Positions 17,061-27,100 of a stretch of DNA of 64,000 bases are shown here, piece by piece (within the stretch, counting starts at the first letter, position 1; every line of letters begins with the position of its first letter). The notes under the pieces are model-generated. The model was not told where the DNA came from and did no database searches. It worked only from the letters and a program-made list of their open reading frames with translations. The translations under genes and the position numbers were made by a program. The DNA is from a virus. The DNA lies in the IMG/VR virus record IMGVR_UViG_3300028045_001344, positions 1 to 64,000 of that record; one strand, given 5' to 3'.

Positions 17061-19111
17061 TCTTCGCTCATGAGATTTTCTACCATCTCAACGAGCATAT
17101 TATATGAACCGTGGGCTCTTGTCAAGTGTTCTTTTATATTCATTTCGGGGGCAGCGGCCGCACTACCTTCACCCACTTCAATAACCGCAGAGTTAACATC
17201 AAACAAAGTGGGAAACATTGTCCCAAAATCTTGAACCACAGCCATTATTTTATCTTGAACTTTCTTTACACTGTCTTTAACAAACTGAACTCCACTTTCA
17301 TAAAGCTTTATCGCGTACTCTTTAATGTTTTTCCATGCCTTCGCCGCCACTGCTTTAATAGCATTATAAATCTTTTGACCTTCAGCTCCTAATTGTTTGA
17401 GTTTATCCGTTGTCGTACTAATAAATTGTTGTGCTTTCTGCTTGGTTTTAGCAAGCAAACCAGACCATGGTCCTTCGGTTAACACCATGGCTTCCCATAA
17501 CAAACCAAGCTCTTGATTTTCGGTAGAAGATAAAAGAGTTGAGGGGGTTTTGTTTTCTGTCAAAGCATCTAGACGAAAGGCAATACCACGATTCGCCAAG
17601 CCGCTTCCGCCACGCGACCGAAAATCATATTTAGTTTCACCAACATGATCCGAAAACCATTTGTCATCTAAAAGCGCCCAACTTGATTTGGAAAAATCTG
17701 TATCATCCCACTTAAGAACTGCGTCAGCAATTGCTTCTTTGGTAACAAATTTATTTTCTCCGGTTACTGCTTCGCGCAAAATAAGCTTACGTGCTTCTGG
17801 TGATTTCATCCAGTCTTGAGTAGCTTGCGCAATTTTTGGGACGGCTTCGTTTAACGCCCCTTGCATATTAACAAGGGCTTCTTTTTTTGCGGCATCATTC
17901 ATCTCTGCCAGTTTCTTTTTTTGGTTTGCCTCAACTTTAGCAATCGCTTGAGGATTTTTAGCGAGCGCCGTCAATTGAGTTAGTTTTTGTTTGCATTCCT
18001 CTCCCGTACAATCACCCAAGATTGTATCAGAAACATCACCTTGCAAAGCAGTAGCCGCTTGACCTGTTTCTTTAGCATACTGTTCGCGCATTGGTTCAAA
18101 AGTTGCCGTTCCTTCTCCGGTTGCTCTGCCGCCGAACTTCTCTAAGATTGATTCTACTGTTTTATAATAATCCTTTTTGGATGCTGCACCTTTTCCTTCA
18201 ACATCTTTAAACGCCGCTTCAAAAATAGCAACGGCTTCTGGTCCTTGTGCTGAAGCATATTGCGCACCCGTCGCAGCTTTCACAGAAACATTTTTTCGAT
18301 CTTTCCCAAGCCACACAAAAATATCGGTCTTGGGTTCTGTACTTTTAACTTTGTGTCTGAGATAAAGATCAGTTAACTTAACACTATCAAGCGTACCACC
18401 TGAAGCCCGTTGAGCTTTTGTGGGCTTGCCTCCCCATTTGATTGCGCCAATAACATCATCAGCAGAAACTTGATCCGCTGCATCTTCATTACGGCTTCCG
18501 GCTAACTCATTAGCTTTTGCTTCAGATTGACCGCCCGCAATATTAATTGCATAAATTAAGTTGCCTTCATATTTGGTGGCATATCCTGATTTGGCTTGTT
18601 TGGAAGGCTTATAGGCAAAGTACCATCGCTCTTTGGTGCCGTCTTCCATTTCATAAAGAACTATAATTCCTTTGCCCTTATCTCTAACACCACCCGGCAA
18701 TTTTTTCTTAGGATGACATTGTTGGTAGAGGGCAGCATCGGCAGATGAATAAGCTTCAATGCCCGCAGCACGTAATTGTTTCGCGAGTTCTGCGGTGAAT
18801 GTTCCTCGCTGCATCGGGGCACCATAAATTTTCCATTCTCGTTTAAATTCTTTTTTAGAATCTTGTGATTGTTCATAAGGAGGATCTGCCATTGTAAATT
18901 TTTGGTATTGTTGTTGAAGAATTTCCAATGCCAATTTAGCAACTTCCTCACCAGTTTCGTCCTGTGTAAATCTGTTCTCTGTGGGAACAAAATCGCAAGC
19001 TAACTCCTTCTGCGTGAGCGTGGCACTTGTTTTTTTGGTAGACCTCTTTTCGTTGGCTTCTGCAATCTCTTGCATAATCATCTCATTTAGTTCTTTGATA
19101 GTTACTTTCAC
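17057..19111 (-). CDS. Large leader-bearing protein with PD-(D/E)XK-like nuclease core (putative virion protein)
   Basis: MKVTIKELNEMIMQEIAE leader; YE...PKTDIFVW...NVSVKAATGAQ; amphipathic C-terminal helices. Confidence 0.5.
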   Translation of the reverse strand: MKVTIKELNEMIMQEIAEANEKRSTKKTSATLTQKELACDFVPTENRFTQDETGEEVAKLALEILQQQYQKFTMADPPYEQSQDSKKEFKREWKIYGAPMQRGTFTAELAKQLRAAGIEAYSSADAALYQQCHPKKKLPGGVRDKGKGIIVLYEMEDGTKERWYFAYKPSKQAKSGYATKYEGNLIYAINIAGGQSEAKANELAGSRNEDAADQVSADDVIGAIKWGGKPTKAQRASGGTLDSVKLTDLYLRHKVKSTEPKTDIFVWLGKDRKNVSVKAATGAQYASAQGPEAVAIFEAAFKDVEGKGAASKKDYYKTVESILEKFGGRATGEGTATFEPMREQYAKETGQAATALQGDVSDTILGDCTGEECKQKLTQLTALAKNPQAIAKVEANQKKKLAEMNDAAKKEALVNMQGALNEAVPKIAQATQDWMKSPEARKLILREAVTGENKFVTKEAIADAVLKWDDTDFSKSSWALLDDKWFSDHVGETKYDFRSRGGSGLANRGIAFRLDALTENKTPSTLLSSTENQELGLLWEAMVLTEGPWSGLLAKTKQKAQQFISTTTDKLKQLGAEGQKIYNAIKAVAAKAWKNIKEYAIKLYESGVQFVKDSVKKVQDKIMAVVQDFGTMFPTLFDVNSAVIEVGEGSAAAAPEMNIKEHLTRAHGSYNMLVEMVENLMSEE

Positions 19112-19881
19112 TTTAATACCTCATCCAATTTCAGTCCCGCGCAATCGATCTTTCGTTTTGTAACGTGATAATGGCTTACCACACCTTTAAACTTTGCGTT
19201 CTTTGCGTCACTATAAATAGTTTCTACTAATTGATTATTCTCCATCGGGGCAACAAGAGGAATATCATAGATTCCATTGAGACTTTTAGCCAACGCTTTG
19301 AACGCTTTTATCTGTTCGGGATAGAATCCTAAATGGGGTTCGAGAGTGCGACCATGAACCCGTGATTCTTCCAGCACCGGACGAGGACCGAAGCCTTTCT
19401 TGATATAATTAATTTGATATTTCGGATAATATGCATTAGAGATCTCAACCCCAATACTCGCATTATTGACTTTGCGACTTCCGGCATGATAAGCGACGTG
19501 ATTGGTGTCCATGGTTTGATAAATGGTTCCATCATTGTCAATAAGAAAATGAACTGATAACTTCCTTTTTAATAAAACCTTGTAACAACTGTGTGAAGAT
19601 AAACAAACATCCCAATGAGCCATAAACATGGTAGGTGTTCGTGCGATGGAAGACTTGCGATAACAATATTCTGGGAGTTCCCAGCCTTGATCGTCCTGGA
19701 ACGTTACAACTTTTTCCCAATTAATAAAATGGCTTTCGCCATTCACAATAATATTCTTCTGGGTGGTGAAAACCGAAGGGCTTTCGTTGACGTTCTGATC
19801 TTCTTTTATTAGTTCTTCCCGACGAAAAGTTGTGTTCGGGTCGCGGCACTTCAAAGAAGATAAGAAGTCAAACAATTTCAT
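19108..19881 (-). CDS. N-acetylmuramoyl-L-alanine amidase (endolysin-like, Amidase_2)
   Basis: AHWD...SVHFLIDNDGTIYQ...AYHAG...NNASIGVEI...HYHVTKRKIDC. Confidence 0.88.
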   Translation of the reverse strand: MKLFDFLSSLKCRDPNTTFRREELIKEDQNVNESPSVFTTQKNIIVNGESHFINWEKVVTFQDDQGWELPEYCYRKSSIARTPTMFMAHWDVCLSSHSCYKVLLKRKLSVHFLIDNDGTIYQTMDTNHVAYHAGSRKVNNASIGVEISNAYYPKYQINYIKKGFGPRPVLEESRVHGRTLEPHLGFYPEQIKAFKALAKSLNGIYDIPLVAPMENNQLVETIYSDAKNAKFKGVVSHYHVTKRKIDCAGLKLDEVLK

Positions 19882-20509
19882 CAGCGATGCCCCACTTTAC
19901 GGCTTGCTCGGCACTAAAATATGTATCTGTCTTTTTTCGGAATATTGCTTTAAGTTCCTTGAGGCTTAGTTTCGTTTCTTCAAGGAGTGCGCTTGTTAGT
20001 TGTTGCTGATACCATCGTACTTCGCGAATATCTGTTTCTAGTTCTTTGATAGAACCAAAGTGACCACCTTGAACGGAGTGCATCATCAGCCTACAATTCT
20101 TTCCAACCTTGCGTTTGCCGGGTGTTCCCCCTGCTAAAAGTAAAATACCAGCAGACATAATCTTTCCTACGCCAAATGTTTCTATGTCGCAATCCCTTCT
20201 AACCAATCGCATACAATCATAGATAGCAAACATGTCCTGAACGTGGCCACCCTCGGTGGAAACAAGAAGCTCAATAGGATCGCAAGGTTCATCAGGATTT
20301 TCCTTTTTGGATTGCTCATCGCAGATTTTATCATGCAAAATTTGAAGGGCTTGAATTGCCTCTCTCCCTTGATCTTCGTTAATCTCTCCATAGATGGCGA
20401 ACGATCTTAAGTAAGAGTCTCCGCCCAAATCGGGAAACATTAATACTTGGGGTTCATCCTTGTCTTCAGTGTCTTCGGCTTCGCCAGGTGCTTCTTCATT
20501 GGTCGTCAT
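19868..20509 (-). CDS. clpP: ClpP-like protease subunit
   Basis: STEGGHV, GKIMSAG (Ser), MMHS (His), DTYFSAEQAVKWGIADEI (Asp). Confidence 0.88.
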   Translation of the reverse strand: MTTNEEAPGEAEDTEDKDEPQVLMFPDLGGDSYLRSFAIYGEINEDQGREAIQALQILHDKICDEQSKKENPDEPCDPIELLVSTEGGHVQDMFAIYDCMRLVRRDCDIETFGVGKIMSAGILLLAGGTPGKRKVGKNCRLMMHSVQGGHFGSIKELETDIREVRWYQQQLTSALLEETKLSLKELKAIFRKKTDTYFSAEQAVKWGIADEIV

Positions 20510-20909
20510 TATTTGCTTCCTTGTGTCTGTCTTCTTGATAAATATCAGTCAAAACTCTCATGGCGCTTTTCCAATCAAAAACTTCAAGTTGCCACTTGTA
20601 GTCTTCGGGATAGTGTTCCTTAAAAAGTTGTATGGTTTCTTTTTTCCAATCATCAAACTCGTTGTCTAACTCATTACGTTTAAGTTTAGCAAGTTCTGAA
20701 TCTAATGTCAAGGCAATTGATCGCTGATATAGTTGATCCATAAAAGAAACTTTATAGACGATGGTGCCCATAAGTTTGAGGCACTGATCACCAACCTTGC
20801 GAACTAGGTGTGCGGTAGCAGACCATCCAGAACGGAAAGTCAAAAATGATTTGATAATATAACCAATAAAAAAACCAACAACCAATAAGGTAAAGTTTGT
20901 ATCTTCCAT
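20496..20909 (-). CDS. Hypothetical protein with N-terminal TM helix
   Basis: FTLLVVGFFIGYII; own promoter. Confidence 0.6.
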   Translation of the reverse strand: MEDTNFTLLVVGFFIGYIIKSFLTFRSGWSATAHLVRKVGDQCLKLMGTIVYKVSFMDQLYQRSIALTLDSELAKLKRNELDNEFDDWKKETIQLFKEHYPEDYKWQLEVFDWKSAMRVLTDIYQEDRHKEANNDDQ

Positions 20910-20917
20910 TAGTTATT

Positions 20918-20946
20918 ATTATACACAATCACTCAGTAAAAGTAAA
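20918..20946 (-). promoter_or_regulatory. Sigma70-like promoter
   Basis: TTTACT-N17-TATAAT. Confidence 0.65.
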
Positions 20947-21037
20947 ATTATTGTGAGAGATAAAAGTATCCCAATGTGAAAGCCCGCAGAAAAGATGGCT
21001 ATTTTTTCAGGCATAAGCCAGGTTTAGATTGCTAACT

Positions 21038-21772
21038 CTATTTCTTTTGCAACCGGGCAAAAATACGGTCAGCAATTTGATTGACCTTTGCTTCTTGTGC
21101 TTTGGCTCGTTTTTCTTTACGAAGTCGTGCGATAACTCGTTTGCGAACTGCTTCGTTGAGTTTCTTGTCGTCAATAACTTCAATGCCGTGTTTTGCGAGT
21201 GCTTCTTCCAGTCCTTCGAACTCTTCTTCTTCGCCTTCGACTTCAACTTCTTCTTCGCCATCAACATCACTCATTTCCACTTCGGCTTCCACTTCTTCTT
21301 CACCACCTTCGAGTGCGCCACTTGCTTCTAGTTGTGCTGCGAGATCGACAATTGCTTGTGCAGCTTCAGGAGTAATTTCGGCATCGCCTCCTGATGCTTC
21401 CGCATCAAGTTCTGCGCCTTCTTCGTCCGCGATTTCATCTTCTGCACCAAGTTCATCTTCAAGTGCATCTTCTTCTTCGTCCGCTTCTCCCATATAAGCA
21501 CGACCGCCATCCTCTTTCTCATCACCCTTGCTTGGGTAAGGCCCATAAGCACTAGCCCCTGATTCGGTTTCGTCGCCTTTGCGAGTTTCTTCATAATCGC
21601 GGGCTGTTGGGTCATCTGGAGCTTTTCCTAGATCACCATAGCTTGAACCTTTGCGACCCGCGCCGGTTTCTGAAAAAAAGCTTTCACTTAACTCGGGAAT
21701 GTCTGCGAGCCTCATCATCCTGCGGACGGTTGCCTCATTCAGTAGAGATTTTGATTTCTTGTTTTTTGCCAT
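21038..21772 (-). CDS. Highly acidic putative prohead core/internal protein
   Basis: Glu/Asp-rich with many LxE sites; LNEATVRRMMRLADI N-terminus; AGGAG RBS; late motif upstream. Confidence 0.55.
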   Translation of the reverse strand: MAKNKKSKSLLNEATVRRMMRLADIPELSESFFSETGAGRKGSSYGDLGKAPDDPTARDYEETRKGDETESGASAYGPYPSKGDEKEDGGRAYMGEADEEEDALEDELGAEDEIADEEGAELDAEASGGDAEITPEAAQAIVDLAAQLEASGALEGGEEEVEAEVEMSDVDGEEEVEVEGEEEEFEGLEEALAKHGIEVIDDKKLNEAVRKRVIARLRKEKRAKAQEAKVNQIADRIFARLQKK

Positions 21773-21811
21773 GTTGCGATTGTCTCCTTAAAACTTAATC
21801 GGTTTATACAA

Positions 21812-21819
21812 TAAATAGT
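21812..21819 (-). promoter_or_regulatory. Late promoter motif ACTATTTA (acidic core-like gene)
   Basis: Same motif, intergenic. Confidence 0.6.
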
Positions 21820-21842
21820 GTGTAATAAGACAAAAAACCATA

Positions 21843-22082
21843 TTATAGTATCTTTAGCCTTTCAAACGTTTTTGATACTTTCGCCAAGGCTTTATTTTCA
21901 ATCTGTTTGATGCGGGATGGTGTCAGCTTTAATCTCTCTCCAATTTTCTTTAGGGTCAAGTGATCCTCTTTCTGAACTGTTATTTCTACGCAGTTAAGAT
22001 CCTGTGGGTAGTCCATCCACAAGCGACATTCTTGAACTTCGCAACACTTTTTTTCCTTTCGGCATTTAGTAAAACACATCAT
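21843..22082 (-). CDS. Small Cys-rich protein with sigma70 region-4 HTH
   Basis: LTLKKIGERLKLTPSRIKQIENKALAKV. Confidence 0.75.
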   Translation of the reverse strand: MMCFTKCRKEKKCCEVQECRLWMDYPQDLNCVEITVQKEDHLTLKKIGERLKLTPSRIKQIENKALAKVSKTFERLKIL

Positions 22083-22399
22083 AAGTCGGGGTGCTCCTGT
22101 TCCAACATATCAAAAATGTTTTCTACTTCATCATCCTCTAATGCGAAGGCACCTTTAGTTTGTTTCATCTCTACTAAATTCTTTTCTACCTTCTTTAATT
22201 GCGCCTTGCTTTGAACTTTAGTATCCCCTTTCATCTTCGCTATAAAGTTCATAAAGTCCTCATCCCTATTGATGTATCCGTCTATCATTCCACGCAAAAA
22301 TTTGGCTTGGGTAAGACTATCATACTGAAGTTGAACCTTGAACTTGGCTTTGTCGTTTGCTGGAATTGTAAAGATTATCTTTTTGGTCTTCTCAATCAT
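22079..22399 (-). CDS. Hypothetical protein (possible ribbon-helix-helix)
   Basis: KKIIFTI...KFK...LTQAKFLRGMI pattern. Confidence 0.5.
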   Translation of the reverse strand: MIEKTKKIIFTIPANDKAKFKVQLQYDSLTQAKFLRGMIDGYINRDEDFMNFIAKMKGDTKVQSKAQLKKVEKNLVEMKQTKGAFALEDDEVENIFDMLEQEHPDL

Positions 22400-22887
22400 T
22401 GTCTTTCCATTGTTTTAACCGATGGACCGCTGATCCAACTAAATTGACCCGAATCAAACACTACCAACGCTGAAGGGAATGGGGCTGAATTTTGTTTATC
22501 GTTTCCGTTTGTGAACTTCAGCCGACCCTTAATAAAGTAAATAGCGTTTGCTTCCATCACATAATCGTGCCAATACTTAGTGTCGGTACGGGAAGGGATC
22601 AGCATAACCACAGTCGCATTGTTCTGAGTTGATTCCTCATAAGATTTCTTTACCCACTTACTTATGTCTCCATAAGGAGGGTTGACAAAGACAACCTCGT
22701 TTTCCCAACTCTGCGAAAGGCCATCGTCTTCCCTGGTATAATACTTCTCACACTTAGCAGTGGTAGGAGTGCTACACGGGTCAAGGGTAAACTTAAACTT
22801 CTTATTGAGTTTAGCGAAGAACTCCGGTGGGGTTCCCCACTCATTAGTCTTTGAGCTAAACATCGTCTTTTGTGTTTGTGTATCCAT
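22396..22887 (-). CDS. Phage N6-adenine DNA methyltransferase (phage Dam family)
   Basis: EWGTPPEFF...FTLDPC...DGLSQSW...VFVNPPYG...LIPSRTDT. Confidence 0.92.
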   Translation of the reverse strand: MDTQTQKTMFSSKTNEWGTPPEFFAKLNKKFKFTLDPCSTPTTAKCEKYYTREDDGLSQSWENEVVFVNPPYGDISKWVKKSYEESTQNNATVVMLIPSRTDTKYWHDYVMEANAIYFIKGRLKFTNGNDKQNSAPFPSALVVFDSGQFSWISGPSVKTMERQ

Positions 22888-23128
22888 CTTTTATTTCCTT
22901 TATCAAATCGTTTGCACGATCCCAACATTCGGGACAGTAAAGTCGAACTGTATCTTCTTTAACAACAACACTCCAACTCATTACCATTTCTTTATTCTTT
23001 TTATCGAAGTCCTTTTGACAAACTAAACATTCTTCGCCTAACTTATTAAAGAGCCCCACTTTTTCTTGGAGGTCTTTCTTGGCTTCTTTCTCTTGTTTCC
23101 GTTTTAGTTTCTTTTTTAGGCTAGACAC
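22856..23128 (-). CDS. Small zinc-ribbon protein
   Basis: CLVC...CPEC; likely GTG start at 23128 overlapping the dut stop. Confidence 0.6.
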   Translation of the reverse strand: MSSLKKKLKRKQEKEAKKDLQEKVGLFNKLGEECLVCQKDFDKKNKEMVMSWSVVVKEDTVRLYCPECWDRANDLIKEIKDGYTNTKDDV

Positions 23129-23621
23129 TTTTTTCTTCTTTCTTATCTGTCGATCCAAGCGCACCCTCCCCGCGATCAGAAATGGTAATCGGATACCAAT
23201 CGTAAAGGTCGCCACTCGCAGTCTCTAGCGCACGGAAATGAACCACCGGAGTCATTACTGCTTGAGCAATTTTGGTTTGAGGTTCAATGATTTGTGTGTC
23301 GGTTCCAATATTGTGGAGGTTTACAAACACTTCACCATCGTATCCCGAATCAACAACACATGCTCCCACGATCAACGAACGCTTTGCTGCAATTCCTGAA
23401 CGGTTTTTGATCTCAAGCATATACCCATGAGGTACGCCGAAGCGATATCCCGTGGACAAGACTGCGCACTTACCAGGCTCAATCGTTACACTGTCTTGGT
23501 TTGGGCTCGGCAACAGTCCTTGGGGCTCGGGGTTAAAATATAAATCCAAACCCGCATCACTTGGGTTTGCTCTTTCTGGTGGGTGAACATCCTTTCTCAA
23601 TCTTGTATATTCAATAATCAT
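23121..23621 (-). CDS. dut: dUTPase (trimeric)
   Basis: AGLDL, RSG, VVDSGYDGE, KIAQ and RGEGALGST motifs. Confidence 0.95.
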   Translation of the reverse strand: MIIEYTRLRKDVHPPERANPSDAGLDLYFNPEPQGLLPSPNQDSVTIEPGKCAVLSTGYRFGVPHGYMLEIKNRSGIAAKRSLIVGACVVDSGYDGEVFVNLHNIGTDTQIIEPQTKIAQAVMTPVVHFRALETASGDLYDWYPITISDRGEGALGSTDKKEEKSV

Positions 23622-23999
23622 TTATCTTTCCTTTGAGGCACTTGCCTCACTTCTAAAACTCAACCAAGAACGAACCAAGTCTCCTCGGCCCGGACCTTGC
23701 GAGTGTGTGTTATACCACATAACTTTCCATCCTATCTCCTCGTAGTCGGTCAAGATGGAGGAGTCTTTATGTAAAATATCTGTCCACTCTGAAGGGACAT
23801 CAATTTCCAGACCCTTGGGCTTGCGAGTTTCTGCCAATTTACTTCTCAGTCGTTCATTAATGGTGCGCCTGATTGTTCTTTTCAAGACATGTCTCATCTT
23901 GATTGTATTTCCTTCTGGTGGATTTAGGTCTTCAATCAGCACCTCATATTCATTCTTCATTAAAAATAACACCTCTCGCACATGAAAATTAAGATCCAT
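23622..23999 (-). CDS. Hypothetical protein
   Basis: ORF in the operon. Confidence 0.5.
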   Translation of the reverse strand: MDLNFHVREVLFLMKNEYEVLIEDLNPPEGNTIKMRHVLKRTIRRTINERLRSKLAETRKPKGLEIDVPSEWTDILHKDSSILTDYEEIGWKVMWYNTHSQGPGRGDLVRSWLSFRSEASASKER

Positions 24000-24190
24000 C
24001 CTCCTGACATTGGATCTTTTACTATATCAAATTCTTTAACCTTTTTGTGCTCCCGACCTAATTTATTAGCGTGAAATACTCCGCGCTCAAGCAAGTATTC
24101 GGAGATACTTCCTTCTGCTTCAGCTTCCGCCTCATCAGATCCAATAATTAATCTATACACCTCTAGCGTGTGTTCTTCTTGTGTAAACAT
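23960..24190 (-). CDS. Hypothetical protein
   Basis: ORF directly after dnaE. Confidence 0.5.
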   Translation of the reverse strand: MFTQEEHTLEVYRLIIGSDEAEAEAEGSISEYLLERGVFHANKLGREHKKVKEFDIVKDPMSGGWILIFMCERCYF

Positions 24191-24193
24191 TTT

Positions 24194-27100
24194 TTACCCC
24201 ACTAATATAAAATTATGCTTAACAGAGCGAGTCGAAAAACCCCACTGGTCATCATAATCTAGTTTTGTTATATATGGTCGGTTCAGATGAACCTTGTCTT
24301 CAGATCTCACATTCCAGCACTTAATGTCCGTGCTTTGACAAGTATCGTCAATCACATTTATAATCCAAAAGTCCCGACCATTCTTTGTTTGCCTGACGGT
24401 TACGCTTCTTGGAATAAGCCAACACAGCCCCAGGTCTTTATCAAATTGTGCGATGGGAGGAACGCAGTTGTGTTCTATTCGTTCGCGTACCTTTTTGTCC
24501 ATAACCAACTCAAACGGAAAGATTCCCGTAAGAGAAACAACATTCTCAATTCGTTCTTCTTCTGTAAAATCTATCTCACCACAATACTTGGTTATATTAT
24601 CCTCAAGCCTCTTTTTGTTCTTTGGTCGATCACTTACGGTTGAAAGCCATAAGTGCTTACAATGTTTAAAGCGATCATCTGCAATAGAATCACAAGCACC
24701 GGACCTCACCAGAACATCCAAAGCCTTTTTATTTAATTTAGAATAGCTGACGTTCTCGTTGAATAGAAAATCCTCTACATGTTTAAAGGGTCGGTTCTGT
24801 AAAATTTGATCCATGGCTTTTTCGCCAAGACCTTTGATGGAGGTGAGAGGCTGAACTAGCTGACCATCTGTGGATATATCCCACGATCTTCCTGAAGTAT
24901 TTATTTCAACTTCTTGGATGTCATAGCCCAAATTCTTTACTACATTAATGGCTCGCTCTTTTCTGCCCTCGGGTTCTTTATTCAAGAACGCCGCACACCA
25001 TTCAGCCGGATAGTAATTTAGAAGCCAAGCGCACTGGTAAGATAGTATACTATAACCGACAGCATGGGACTTATTAAAACCATAACCACTAAAATACTCA
25101 AAAGTGTTCCAAAGGTCTTCTGCTTGTTTTTTGCTAATTCCCTTTTCTGAACATCCTGCCACGAACTTAGTATGAATTCTAGTCTTTTCCTCTGCACCTT
25201 TTCCTGTTCCTTTCTTTGTTAATAGTTTGCGTAAAAGATTACCCTCGTCCAAGGAAATGTCTTTTCCCAGTCGGTGGGCAAGCAAAGCAATCTGCTCTTG
25301 GAAAATCAAAAACCCATAAGTTTCTTCCGTCACTTCTTGTATGATTGGGTGAGGATATTTTATGTATTGTGGATTTTCTTTTGCCTCTACATAATCTCTA
25401 TCGACCTTTGCGCCTAACGGTCCTGGTCTAAAGATGGAAGTGATCGCCGCGATATCGACCAAACTTGTTGGCTTGGCTTTTTTACAAAAGCCCTGTGCTC
25501 CTGGTTCTGTGAATTGAAAGACACCAGCCCATTTACCTTTATGGAAAATGTTTTTATAAATATCCTGATTATCAAAGTCTAGTTTATCAGGATGCAAGTG
25601 CTCATCATAGAAATTCTTAATCTCTACAAACAAGGGATCTGTAATCCCTTTGTGCCTCTCTAGAACTTTGCCAATGGCATCTTCAATCATTCTAAGAGTG
25701 CTCAAGCCAAGAATGTCAAATTTGATAAAGCCCATTGGTTCAAGATGCCTGACGTTTTGTCCTTCGGTCCAAGGTGTTTGTCTTACTCCACCACTATAGA
25801 TCAAGGGCATATATTTATTTAAGTTCTCTCCGACTACAAGACCACCGGCATGGCGCGAACAAGATCTAACCTGTCCAACTAGAGTGCGGACATGTGTTTC
25901 TACTTCTGGATAATCTCTAAGGAATTGTTGCAGCGTTGTGCTATACTTCATTACTTCATCAAAAGTCGGAGCGTAGACACCTGTCTTTATACCATGATCC
26001 CTTTTGGCTGGTCCTATTGATTCGCCAACCATTTTGCTTGTAACTTTATTAACCTCCTGAAAGGGTACTTTATAAAGCTTAGAAATGTCTTTTATGAGTG
26101 ACCGTAGTTGTAGCGTGTTCCAGTTAGAAATCGGAACTACATTATCTTCACCCCATTCCTTGACTAACATTTCCTTCAGCACAAACGGATCTGACACATC
26201 ATAATCAATGTCTGGATAATCTGTTGCGTCTGCTCTCAAGAACCTAGAAAATAATAGCCCATACTTAATAGGATCTACTTGTGTAATGCCCAAAGCATAC
26301 GCAACTAATGATCCACCGGCTGAACCTCGCGATGGCCCCGTTAACTGTGTTGATGTAGCTTTGTCGGCAATCGCTTTCATTGTTAAAAAATATCTGCTAA
26401 AGCCGCGGTCCTTGATAACCTCTAGTTCATGCTTGAGGCGATCAAGATATTCTTGACTGTGTTTGGTTTGCGATTGCAAGCCATTGGATGCAGCAACACT
26501 CAATGCGGTATCTTCATCTAGTCCATCGGGTATAACAAAAGATGGGAGCCTAACTGTATTGTCTGGATAAAACTTTTCAATTCTGTTGTGAGCTATATCA
26601 TAAGTTCGCTCAATAGATTCCATAATCAGATCGTCATCATATTTCTCACCCAACTGTGAAGAATACTTTTTATAGGATTCCCACATTTGATCTCCGTTTT
26701 TAGGATATAGTTCGTGAGGAACCTGCTCTAGTGATTCTGGCATGTCGCCATGAAATGCCGCCAGGCCTGGGTGGAGTCTCTTATATAATTCACGATCTTT
26801 CCACACTTCGGGGTTGTAAAAGTGGCTGTCGCAAGTGGAAATGAGTTCCACTCCATATTCTTTTGCAACCTGAATAACAAAATGATTAAGATTGTGTTGG
26901 TCTTGATCGCTCCACCACTGAAGTTCACCATACCATCTATCTCCAAAAATACCTAACATATTCTCGGTTGTTGTTCGCATAGCCTCTAGTATCTTTTCAT
27001 CACCGTCATCTTTATTTTTCCAATAATCTGTAGCATAAACTCCACCTAAACACGCACTAGATGCGATGACGCCCTCGCCATGTTCGCGGAGCATTTCTAA

